A stretch of 20,056 nucleotides of DNA from Candidatus Jordarchaeia archaeon (GCA_029856435.1 JAHQXB010000049.1:1-20056), one strand, 5' to 3'; numbered from the stretch's first letter, positions 8,017-17,283 are shown. Program-made: numbers and translations. The notes: generated by a model from the sequence alone, not told the origin.

Positions 8017-8497
8017 AACTTCTCCTCAGCTACAATAGTTGTAACATAGAGACCAACAGGTGTAGATCATGTGTTTAAAAAATAATCTCAATCATGTATT
8101 TAGCTATTGTGATTGAAAAACAAATGATGGGGCTTCAAACCAAGAAAGAAGGTCTACGTAGGCTCTTTCGGTGAACATTTCCCGCCGGGAAAAAGAACCC
8201 AACCAAAAGATAACTTTCCTCTAGGAAAAAGGAGAACGAATGACACAAGCTCATAAAACCAAGTGCATACCCCTACTTTATTTTATTATACCTATATCCG
8301 TCTTTTGGTTAAAGTAAAACTGCCCTGAGTAGGATATGAGGAATTCCAATCACAACCGCCAAAAAATCTTGGATAACAAAAAATGATGGCAATTAAGTAG
8401 CGAAAAGGCCTCCTCCAGATATCCCTTCTCTATTTTTGGCATTCTCGTGTTGCGAAAGAATTTGAGGCATATTTCGCAACTTGTTTACCCCATACTA

Positions 8498-9982
8498 CTA
8501 GTAGTCGTAGTAATTATTCTCGTCTTTTGAGTGATTCGAATAGTATACTTGGGCTAGGAACGGGTTTTTCTTTGCTATTTTATCATAATTCCAGGGTGGA
8601 GGTGTGCACTCAGGACACCAATGTCCTCCCTTAAGAATGAGTGTGGGGCTGCCCTCAAAAATGTGGCCGAAGGCGCATTTCCATTTCAGCTTTGTCTTCA
8701 TATCGACGAGTTTTTCTGAGAGGCACTCCCCTCCCCTGAATTTGGCGGCTTGACGCAGGTCTTCTATCGTTAAATCTTCATCCTTCTTCGTTTCGTCGTA
8801 GCCATGGTCTAATAGGTGTGATTCTTCATCACCAGGGGTGGTGTCGTCGCTCCAGTCGGGTATGGATTCCCATTTTTCCTTTGATCCGAAAAAGGCGTTA
8901 ATCCTGCCCCGATTATTGGAATACACCCAGTTAAGTGGGCCGTTCTCACTTTTAGCCATTCTTTCCATCATTTTCTTAATAATACTTTTTGGAACAATTT
9001 TCACAAATTTGTAGTACGCTGGGATGCTTTCCTTTACTTGTTTGTAGTGGTCTTCAAGTGATTGCCTCTGGTGATGGAGATAACTGTTGAGGATGTAGCT
9101 GTCTTCGTACCAGCCACAGTGGAAGTTTCTCAAGCAGAACCAGTTCCTCTCCATTACTTTTCTGTAATCCCCTATTCCCATTATTTCCATCATATCCCGG
9201 ATGTAGTCTCTGTAGATGAACCTACACGATTCACCCCCTCCCATGTTATATATTTTGCACCAGAAATCATCTGGGGCGTCCAAGCACTTCACCAATCCGT
9301 ATCCCGCATCTTGGCTGGTGATGAGTTCTATGTGGGTATTTAAGGGCTGGTGGAAGAGAATGGGATCCATTAAACTTAGAGCGTTGGGAATGGCAATATA
9401 CGTTTGTCTCAGTGAAACCCAGTACTTCAAACCTGAATCTATAACCTCCCTCTCAGCCTTCAACTTTGTCGTAGCATAAAAGTCATAGACGCTGGGAATT
9501 AACGGGTCGCCCACCCTTATTCTGTGAACAGGAGGAAGCCTATCTCCATATATGGCAATAGAGGAAACGTAGACTAGCTTTACTCCGTCTCCATGGTTTG
9601 GCTGCTTTTTGATGGCGTTAATTATGTTTTTTGTGCCCCCCAAATTCACCCTTTCTGTAAGTTCTGGATTACGGTCGGCGGCAGGAGGTATTAGAGCGGC
9701 GGGATGAAGGACAAAATCGCAACCATCAACTGCCTCCAGAACGTCTTCTGGGTTGGTCAAATCACCATACACAATTTTTAACCCCTCATGTTCAACAATC
9801 CCTCTCTCTCCAACTGGTACCCCTTTTCCGCCCACATACCTTGAAAATTCTTTTATTATCTCCTTGTAGGGTAAAAGCAGCAAAACTATGTCGAACTCGT
9901 CTTTCCTCTTAAGTAATTCTTGGAAGGCCATTTTTCCCATAGAGCCCGAAGCGCCGGTAAGGAGCACCCTTGGTTTTCCCAA
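8498..9982 (-). CDS. NAD(P)-dependent epimerase/dehydratase (extended SDR) with C-terminal Zn-ribbon-like domain
   Basis: VLLTGASGSMG Rossmann motif, VLHPAA, VYVSS and catalytic YATTK. The C-terminus has RGGECLS...KWKCAFGH...HWCPEC. Confidence 0.85.
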   Translation of the reverse strand: MGKPRVLLTGASGSMGKMAFQELLKRKDEFDIVLLLLPYKEIIKEFSRYVGGKGVPVGERGIVEHEGLKIVYGDLTNPEDVLEAVDGCDFVLHPAALIPPAADRNPELTERVNLGGTKNIINAIKKQPNHGDGVKLVYVSSIAIYGDRLPPVHRIRVGDPLIPSVYDFYATTKLKAEREVIDSGLKYWVSLRQTYIAIPNALSLMDPILFHQPLNTHIELITSQDAGYGLVKCLDAPDDFWCKIYNMGGGESCRFIYRDYIRDMMEIMGIGDYRKVMERNWFCLRNFHCGWYEDSYILNSYLHHQRQSLEDHYKQVKESIPAYYKFVKIVPKSIIKKMMERMAKSENGPLNWVYSNNRGRINAFFGSKEKWESIPDWSDDTTPGDEESHLLDHGYDETKKDEDLTIEDLRQAAKFRGGECLSEKLVDMKTKLKWKCAFGHIFEGSPTLILKGGHWCPECTPPPWNYDKIAKKNPFLAQVYYSNHSKDENNYYDY

Positions 9983-10383
9983 TTTTACTGACCACCACTT
10001 TAACTATCACACATATATGGTTTTTTAGACAAGTTCTTTAAAGTTTTTCTTAGAGGCGATTGGCACTGTTAACCTAGCGTCACTTGTTGTGGGCAGGTTC
10101 GTGGTGTGTAGAAAATGTCTTGGTTTAAGCCTAAATTCGGCGTTTAAGGAAGAAGAAAATACTCATTTAAGACGTAGAAGGTGGGAAAAGTTACAAAACA
10201 GCACTACCTCGCAACAGGAGACGCTGAGGAAACGGTGCCAGAATTGAGAGAGTAAACCAGATAAATAGTGGGTGGCAAGATTTAAATCAAAAAGCACCAC
10301 AAGTGCAAAGGTAGCCACATGCTATTTTTCAATTCAGGATTTTTGTTTCCAATACTCAAATGTTATTTTGGGGTAGATTCAGT

Positions 10384-11778
10384 ATGGTTAGAAGAAGAGA
10401 CAAAAAAACTAAAATAGTTTGTACAATAGGTCCCGCCAGTTTGAATCTGAAAACAATCAAGAAAATGTATGAGGCGGGAATGGATGTAGTTCGAATAAAT
10501 ACTGCCCATGGGGATTTCGACCAGTACAAAGAAATCATTAATTTGACGAGGAGCGTGGGGGAGATACCCATCATTATAGATATTAAGGGTCCGGAGATCA
10601 GAACAAGAATTAGGAGATTCCGAGAGGTTAATGAGGGAGATGTGGTGGTGGCTGGTTTTGGGGACGAGGAACTCACTTTCTCCTACAACTTTTATGACGA
10701 GGTGGATGTGGGAGACAAGATTCTCATTGATAACGGAGCCATAGGAACAAAAATAAAAAAGAAGGAAAACGGAAAACTGTACCTCCATGTTTTCGATGCG
10801 GGAATAATTGAAAACAACAAGGGAGTTAACATTCCCCATAAGAGGATTAATGTTCCCAGCCTATCACAAAAAGATCTCCAAGCGATAGAATTCTCCAAAG
10901 AACACAACGTTGAATTCCTAGCACTCTCATTTACAAGAGACGCAAACGACGTTAAGAATCTAAGAGCGAAAATCGGCAACAGCGGACAGGCAATAATAGC
11001 CAAAATCGAAAACCATTCAGGTGTAAAAAACATCGCCGAAATCATAGATGAATCAGACGCCATAATGGTGGCACGCGGTGACCTCGGCGTGGAGATAGAT
11101 TACGAGAAGGTTCCCCTCATCCAGAAAAACATAATTCGAAGATGCAACCAGCTGGGAAAAGTAGTGATAACCGCCACCCAGATGCTGGAATCTATGATGA
11201 ACAATCCCACACCAACCAGAGCCGAAGCAAGCGACGTGGCAAACGCCATCCTAGATGGGAGCGACGCAGTAATGCTCTCAGGAGAAACATCCATTGGAAA
11301 ATATCCCGTAGAATGCGTGGAAATGATGACCAAAATCGCAAAGGAAGCTGAACGCATGGTAACAAGTAAAGTAGAAATGAACGGCTACATCAACATTTCC
11401 CAAACAGTGAGCAAATCCATAAATCTAATAGCAAACTCAATGCCCATAGACAAGATTGTAACCCTAACCAGATCCGGATACACCGCAAGAATGATTGCCC
11501 GGTTCAGACTCAAACAACCCATAATCGCAGTAACAGAGAACGAAATGGTAAAAAGGCAATTAGAAATAGTCTACGGGGTAGAACCAGTATACTTAAAATA
11601 CCGAGAAGCCCCGGACATAATCCGCTACACAGCACAGATACTCAAGGAGAAAGCCCTAATCAAAGACGAAGACTATGTCCTATTCACAGCGGGAATCAGA
11701 ACAAGACAGCCCCACGAAAGCAACCTCATAGAAATCCACAGAATAGCAGACCTCCTAAGTGGAGCCCCCCAAAAATAA
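10384..11778 (+). CDS. pyk: Pyruvate kinase
   Basis: TKIVCTIGPAS, RINTAHG, DIKGPEIRT, IIAKIE, MVARGDLGVE, ATQMLESM, PTRAEASDVANA and DAVMLSGET. Likely start is ATG 10384 (the track opens at 10360). Confidence 0.97.
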   Translation: MVRRRDKKTKIVCTIGPASLNLKTIKKMYEAGMDVVRINTAHGDFDQYKEIINLTRSVGEIPIIIDIKGPEIRTRIRRFREVNEGDVVVAGFGDEELTFSYNFYDEVDVGDKILIDNGAIGTKIKKKENGKLYLHVFDAGIIENNKGVNIPHKRINVPSLSQKDLQAIEFSKEHNVEFLALSFTRDANDVKNLRAKIGNSGQAIIAKIENHSGVKNIAEIIDESDAIMVARGDLGVEIDYEKVPLIQKNIIRRCNQLGKVVITATQMLESMMNNPTPTRAEASDVANAILDGSDAVMLSGETSIGKYPVECVEMMTKIAKEAERMVTSKVEMNGYINISQTVSKSINLIANSMPIDKIVTLTRSGYTARMIARFRLKQPIIAVTENEMVKRQLEIVYGVEPVYLKYREAPDIIRYTAQILKEKALIKDEDYVLFTAGIRTRQPHESNLIEIHRIADLLSGAPQK

Positions 11779-12157
11779 ACCCAAAATCAAATAACGAATT
11801 AACAATAATTTACACATTTTGGTCTGTACCGGCACAATTAACTTAGGTGTTTTCCTATCGTGTGCATGTTCGGAAAAGTGTTCTAAGCCCCCGATGGGAG
11901 TATGCTCACAGTTGTTCCCCGGGTGAAAAACGCCCAAATACGCTCAGGAGAAGGTGTTTGAGCCGAAAAATGTATAGCGTATGATAGGAGCCACTTAGTT
12001 AACAGTGCCCTGGTATCAAAATACGGTTGGTAAGGTAAATGTGTGAATCATGCAACCACCATACTTGAGAGCAGGAAAAGAAACCTAATAGAAAACGTGC
12101 GACAAGCACATTGGTCCCACTTTTAGAGAAGCTGGAAAGGTGGATGCAAGTTCCTTT

Positions 12158-13822
12158 TCAAGTATACGCATACATTCCAATTTCCTCTATTTTGATTAAT
12201 GGGGGGTCGATTTTGGATTTTAAAGATATTTCTATTATGGGGGCGGTTTTAAATGTGCTTGGTTTAGTGTTTCTGTTTTGGAGAGAGCAGCTCTTGTACC
12301 TCCGTCTAAAATGATACGGCCTTTGTTCATAACGATTACTCTGCGGCAATATTCAGCGACAATTCTCATATCATGCGTTATCAGTATAATGGTCTTACCG
12401 TTAGAATTAAAATTTAGAATAGATCCAAGAGTTTTTTATCTCTGCATTTCTTCAAATCCATGTTTTCAAGAATTTCTTTAACCATCTTCGATTTATTATC
12501 TTTAACACCATATTCGATTTCAGATTCAACGTTGTCACAGAAAATCTGGTAGTCTGGATTCTGAAATAAGGACCCGATTTTTTCGTTTAGTCTTTTTATT
12601 TTTCCTAGGTTAACACCGCCAATTCTTATTGTTCCTTTCTTCGGTTTTAGCAGACCAGCTAGAATCATAGCTAATGTGGTTTTCCCTGAACCGTTTGATC
12701 CTATCAAGGCAACGAATTCACGCTCATTTATGGTAGGGTTGGCGTGTTTTAATACTATTTCACCGTGGTACCCAAAAGATAGGTCTTCAATCTTGATGAT
12801 CGGCTTATCCTGCTTCGCCAAAACGGGATTCTCACCATTCTGCTTAATTTTTGTTTTTTTGATGGATAATCTTTAAAACAAGTTACTGCATCATCAATGG
12901 TTAATGGTACCTCCCTGGTTTCTATCCTACTTTCCAATTTTAGGAAAATCTACACAGTTTGGGCATTCTTAACCCGACATTTTCTATTGTCGGATTCAGA
13001 AAGATGGATCTCGGATTACCTTTCGCTATTATTTTTCCGTTTTCCAATACAATCATTCAACTCGCGTATCTAACAATTTAAGTCGTGCTCTGCTATGACT
13101 AAGGTTATACCCCTTTCGTTTAGTTTGTTAAGAATACTCAGTACCATGTCTCTTCCCTCGGCGTCGAGGTCTGCTGTTGGTTCATCAAGCACCAGAATTT
13201 CTGGTTTGACCGATGTTGCTGAAGCAATGAGCACTCTCTGCTTCTCTCCACCGGACAGTTCAAACAGATAACGGGTTTGCAAATCTCTGATATCCACCGC
13301 GTCTAAAGCAAAATCCACACATCTTACTATCTCATTCTTGGTATATAACAAAAATTTTCAGCAATAAAAGCCAGCTCGTCCTCAGTGATGCAGATTTATT
13401 CGGCTCCATCTCCCTATTAAGGCTCCAAATCGTGAAAGAAGCCCTATAAACACCCCCCTTTTTGAGGCGAAACCGAACAATTCTACATCGCCACTCGTCC
13501 TCAACGGTAACATTGAAAAGCTGAGCCTCTGGGTTCTGGAACACCATTCCCACTTTGGTAGCCAACACGTTTATATCGTTCTCCCTCGTGTCCAGTTCAC
13601 AAATACTTACCGGGTCCTTCATTTCCCCACTAAGGCGTGAGGAATTATGCCGTTGAGAGAGTACAGAAGTGTTGATTTTCCTTGCCAGATTGACCTGCAA
13701 CAACCAGAAACTTCCTCCCTCCTAACGTCAAGATTTATGTTCTTCAACACATACTCTTCCGAGATTGGATACTTATAACACAAGCCCCTTATCCTAGCGA
13801 TCACGTTCTCCTTCACGGCCAT
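12158..13822 (-). pseudogene. Fragmented ECF/ABC transporter double-ATPase (EcfA/CbiO-like)
   Basis: Ordered fragments in different frames: YKYPISEEYVLKNINLDV, GKSTL, VGMVFQNPEAQLFNVTVEDE, LSGGEKQRV...LVLDEPTADLD, second domain GSNGSGKTTL...LFQNPDYQIF, then ITHDMRIVAEYCRRVIVMNKG. There are several frameshifts and stops, one insertion, and the second signature/Walker B segment is missing near 12420-12440. Confidence 0.85.
13383..13493. mobile_element. MITE-like insertion (family B, ~111 bp) inside the ecfA pseudogene
   Basis: Direct repeat CTCGTCCTCA at 13375-13384 and 13494-13503. Removing the insert plus one repeat restores TVEDE-LAFIAEN. Imperfect TIRs GTGATGCAGATTTATTCGG vs GCGATGTAGAATTGTTCGG (15/19). 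The TSD can be read as 8-10 bp. Confidence 0.75.
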
Positions 13823-14290
13823 ATAACCCATCCCGATCCTATTTTAACCCATACAGCAACGGCTACCAAAACTATCGATGAAAATGCACAAAATAAAACG
13901 TCTTTTTGAACTAATTTAATCATCTTAAAAGATGTTCGTTGCTTACTATGCCCGAAAGCCTTCGAATCTAAAGCCAACGCCATCTGCTTGGCAGTTTTAA
14001 TAGAAATTATCAACAGAGTTCCAAGCATCAGGGTTAAATCTTTAAATCTGAGTTACCCCCTCTAAGCTTTTGTGCGTTTCGGATGATACCAAGATTTTGA
14101 AAAGTCAGAGAAACAAATCTGATCGACATTGTGCATAGCAGAATCAACTAGTTGGGAAACCTAAATTTGCGCATCACCAACATAATTTCGCTGGGGTGTG
14201 TCGTAAAAGGTATCACCAAACTAGACAAAACAATCACCAAGAGCCTTATGGTGAGCATAATACCATACTCTATTCCCTTCCAGGGGTTTG
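13813..14290 (-). pseudogene. Truncated ECF transporter transmembrane component EcfT/CbiQ
   Basis: KGIEYGIMLTIRLL...TTHPSEIMLVMRKFRFP, an in-frame TAG at 14148-14150, then MSIRFV...IRNAQKLRGG, a frameshift, then AKQMALALDSKAFG...RTSF. The N-terminal half is absent. Its stop overlaps the ecfA start. Confidence 0.8.
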
Positions 14291-14514
14291 CCACAAGTGG
14301 GGCAGAGGGGTCTTTGAACTGCTCCTCTACTACCGCCGCGACTTCTTCGGTGAGGCGGGGTTGAGAAGCCCCACGAAGTCCGCACTCTTCTGTCTTTCTT
14401 CGTTGGGGCAGACGATTCTAAACCTGCGGGTTTTTGGGTTGACGCTCTTCCCAACTTTCTTTCGGGGGATGCGTAGTCAACTTTGAGCACACAATTGTTT
14501 TTCAAAAACCCCAA
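14270..14514 (-). pseudogene. Unidentified Zn-ribbon-like gene fragment abutting the ecfT remnant
   Basis: LCPTCGKPL in one frame, and RFRIVCPN and EECG in the other two frames. No coherent full-length gene. Confidence 0.25.
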
Positions 14515-14677
14515 GTCACTAAGTTGAACGGTCTAACCTTCAAAAATCCATCGCCCCAAGGCCTGAAAATCTCCCCCTCCAAGTCGCAAAACGCAAGTTT
14601 TATTTGGTAGAAAGGTACAAATTAAACATGCTTAATTTATAATATTTGCCAACATACGACAAAAAGGGGTGTAAAAT

Positions 14678-15331
14678 GTGCCTGTTGGAAATGAGAGGAT
14701 AGTTAGAGCCATTGCTGACGCGTATCGGTATGAACCTTTGATTAATCCTTCGGTTAGGAAGCTCTTTTTGGAGTATGCCAACAAGTATGCTCGGGAAAAA
14801 TTCCAGCTGAATTGGAATTGCGGTACAGTGGATGAACTGGAAGCTGCATTAATAGGTTTGGTAGAAAAATATCCTTCACAGGACGCTTTGGTTTACGGTG
14901 CAATGAAGGGAGAAAGTTTGCTTGCAGGCGCAACTGGAGCCATAACAAAAAGGGTGGCTAAGGAAGCAACAAAATCTCTTGTTACAAGCCTGGGACTAAC
15001 AGAACATCTAAAAGGAGCAAAGAATCTCTACGACTTTCTACAAAGATATAAAGCTCTACTTGTAGCCATAGGATTTGTGAAGGAGCAAGACATAAAACTC
15101 ACCGACTTGGGCGACGAAGAAGTAGAGGTGCAAGTAAGCGGCGACTGTAGCTATATAAATGTGTGCCTTGACTTAAACAAAGAAGGCGTCTACACCGCCC
15201 TAGGACAAGTGTCATGCACCCGCCTAGTCGCCTTTGCCGGAGTAGCGGAACTAATCCTAAAAAGAGGATACGACGTAAAAATAATAGGGTATGAACCTCC
15301 AAACTGCAAAGCAAAATTTTTCGAAATGTAA
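14678..15331 (+). CDS. Hypothetical protein with C-terminal V4R/HNOB-like ligand-binding domain
   Basis: GGGGTG RBS before a GTG start. The C-terminal half has EVEVQVSGDCSYINVC...VSCTRL...PPNCKAKF, a Cys pattern typical of V4R-like domains. Function unknown. Confidence 0.7.
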   Translation: MPVGNERIVRAIADAYRYEPLINPSVRKLFLEYANKYAREKFQLNWNCGTVDELEAALIGLVEKYPSQDALVYGAMKGESLLAGATGAITKRVAKEATKSLVTSLGLTEHLKGAKNLYDFLQRYKALLVAIGFVKEQDIKLTDLGDEEVEVQVSGDCSYINVCLDLNKEGVYTALGQVSCTRLVAFAGVAELILKRGYDVKIIGYEPPNCKAKFFEM

Positions 15332-15408
15332 TACCCGCCACCTTACCTTTTCTTACTCTTCTATTTTTGCGATACTCAGCCAGATCTTTTGTTCCGGAAT
15401 TTTTCTCA

Positions 15409-15507
15409 TTCGTTGGAGCGGCAGAAAACGTGCTAGGAAACCATGTCAACATAAAAATCTTAGAATATAATCCTCCTAATTACAAAACCAGAATATTTGA
15501 AGTTTAA
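15409..15507 (+). pseudogene. 3' fragment of a paralog of the preceding V4R-like gene
   Basis: FVGAAENVLGNHVNIKILEYNPPNYKTRIFEV* aligns without gaps to the last 32 aa of 14678-15331 (FAGVAELILKRGYDVKIIGYEPPNCKAKFFEM*), 14/32 identical. No start or upstream portion. Confidence 0.75.
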
Positions 15508-15685
15508 ACCCATTTTTCGCACATTTGTGAATCTTTTGTGAGATTTGTGAACTCTTAGATTTGAGAACCTCGTCTCTCGGAACCCTCGCAACCTTCAGTT
15601 TGAGAGGTCAAGGCTACACCTACCACGCCGGTAGTGTTTCAGCATCACGGAGAAATTCGCAGAATCTGCGAAAAATGGGTTTAAA
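15503..15685. mobile_element. MITE-like element, family C (~180 bp, perfect inverted ends)
   Basis: Perfect 19-bp inverted repeat TTTAAACCCATTTTTCGCA (15503-15521)/TGCGAAAAATGGGTTTAAA (15667-15685), with no ORF between. The outer TA/TTAA/TTTAAA may be the duplicated target. Only one copy in the window. Confidence 0.6.
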
Positions 15686-15775
15686 ATAGACCACAAAACC
15701 AAACTTTCTCATTTCCTTTTTCGTTTCTCTACAAACTCTTCGGCGACAAGGCTCTCGACTTTAGGTGTGGGGGTG

Positions 15776-16555
15776 TTAAAGTGAGTATTCCTGAAGCATT
15801 GTATCCAAGAATTTTCTCGTAGCTATAGATGCTGGTGAACTGCTAGGTATGTTTATTATGGGTTTTCCCATTAAGCTGGCTTCTGCAATGTTCTGGTCGT
15901 AGGGGATTATTCCCGCATATTTTACTCCCATTTTTCTGGAAAACTGGTAGAGTTCCTGCTCCCATGTGGCGTCTAATCTATTTCCAAAGAGGAAAATCTC
16001 ATCAAAAGATAGGTTAACCTCGTCGGCTAACTCTTTGATGCGGCGTGTGGTTGTTAACCCCATTTTGGACTGTTCAGTCACAATTAAAAGAATGTCAGAG
16101 GCTTTACTGGTTCTTCGGCTGAGGTGTTCAAATCCGGCGTAGAAATCGATGAGGATGAAATCGTACATCTTTGTTAGGGCTTCAATCATTCCTGCGGCGA
16201 AACTATCCAGGTCACAGTAGCAGCCCTCCCCCCTCTTATATCCCACTACAAGCATGTCAAAACCATTCTGCTCAACGACGCTCTCCCAGATTTCCGCTTC
16301 CATAAGTTTGCCATAAGCGCTGGTTCCAGAATCCAACTCTTCCTTTTTCCTGTCCAGTATCATTCCCAGGGTGGTCTTTCCCTCCATATTAATGCCCAGA
16401 GCGATGCCCAAATTCATAGCAGGATCAGCGTCTATCACCAGGATATCCCCTAAATTCTTTTCCATCAAGGCTTTAAGTAGTAGGGCGGTGAGGGTTGTTT
16501 TCCCAGCTCCCCCCTTACCGCACACAGAAACTGTGAGTCCTCTTTCAAAAGTCAT
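15776..16555 (-). CDS. cooC: CooC/AcsF-type nickel-insertion ATPase (CO dehydrogenase maturation family)
   Basis: Deviant Walker A GKGGAGKTT, DADPAMNL, Ni-binding GEGCYC and AGFEHLSRRT. GAGGGG RBS upstream. Confidence 0.88.
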   Translation of the reverse strand: MTFERGLTVSVCGKGGAGKTTLTALLLKALMEKNLGDILVIDADPAMNLGIALGINMEGKTTLGMILDRKKEELDSGTSAYGKLMEAEIWESVVEQNGFDMLVVGYKRGEGCYCDLDSFAAGMIEALTKMYDFILIDFYAGFEHLSRRTSKASDILLIVTEQSKMGLTTTRRIKELADEVNLSFDEIFLFGNRLDATWEQELYQFSRKMGVKYAGIIPYDQNIAEASLMGKPIINIPSSSPASIATRKFLDTMLQEYSL

Positions 16556-16574
16556 GACTCTCCCCTCATTTTTA

Positions 16575-17240
16575 TCATATGCTGTCTATTGACCTGTAGA
16601 GAAGGTTCTCTTTAATGATAACCTCGCAAAGATTGGCGTAGACCTTCAAGTTAGTTACCTCTTTCACCTCAGGGGGAAGTAGCTCTTTGAACAATCCCAC
16701 CCTCTCATAGAATATTAGAATACCCACGCCCTTCTCGGAGCATAAATCTATAAATTCCTCATCCACCGGGAAAGGAAACACATAGTACATCCTGTTGTAA
16801 CAACCTTCCAAACCGCTTAGCCCCTCTAACGATTCCATGCACTTCCTATATCTACAATGCGCCATCACACAATCCTTGGAGGGAATCCTGTACTCTTTAG
16901 CCCTCCAGAAAACTTTTCCCTCTTCCTCCTTTTTCTCCACCCACCCATCCCTAACTAAATCTTCCAAAGCAGAACTAACAAATAGGGCGCTGGAACCCGT
17001 CTCGGAAGCAATGTCTTCAGTGGTTCTCCACACCCCACCTATTAAAGTGTATAGAATACCTGAGGGGACGAAATGTGTGCTTTTAATCCTCTTTTTCAAA
17101 TCGGACAAACGGGGCATAATGCAAACTATGTCTATGGGCTTTCCCAGTATTTCATAGTTTCGCCGAACAAAATAGCCTCGTGAAGAAAAGTAGGAAGCAG
17201 CCGCAGCACACAGCGTTTTCTCACTTACAACACTTGGCAA
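16575..17240 (-). CDS. Hypothetical protein: PD-(D/E)xK-like fold with an inserted winged helix, catalytic motif degenerate
   Basis: EKTL...YFSSRGYFVRRNYEILGKPIDIV, then an HTH-like TTEDIASETGSSALFVSSALEDLVRDGWV, then VMAHCR...YYVFP...LCSEKGVGIL. GGTGAG RBS favours TTG at 17240 (the track opens at 17315). Confidence 0.65.
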   Translation of the reverse strand: MPSVVSEKTLCAAAASYFSSRGYFVRRNYEILGKPIDIVCIMPRLSDLKKRIKSTHFVPSGILYTLIGGVWRTTEDIASETGSSALFVSSALEDLVRDGWVEKKEEEGKVFWRAKEYRIPSKDCVMAHCRYRKCMESLEGLSGLEGCYNRMYYVFPFPVDEEFIDLCSEKGVGILIFYERVGLFKELLPPEVKEVTNLKVYANLCEVIIKENLLYRSIDSI

Positions 17241-17283
17241 AGGTCTCACCAAAAAAAGGGCACATAAAATTAATTCTTTAGGA

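Noticed and set aside
8040-8440. Possible hydrophobic pseudogene fragments on the minus strand
   Set aside because: Only short open stretches; cannot be assigned.
11780-12157. ECF S-component remnant
   Set aside because: The position is suggestive, but no sustained transmembrane reading frame or motif is visible.
15520-15570. TTTGTGA/TTTGAGA repeats as a CRISPR or tandem array
   Set aside because: 7-mers with irregular short spacing; no repeat-spacer architecture. No CRISPR array, tRNA or rRNA was seen in the window.
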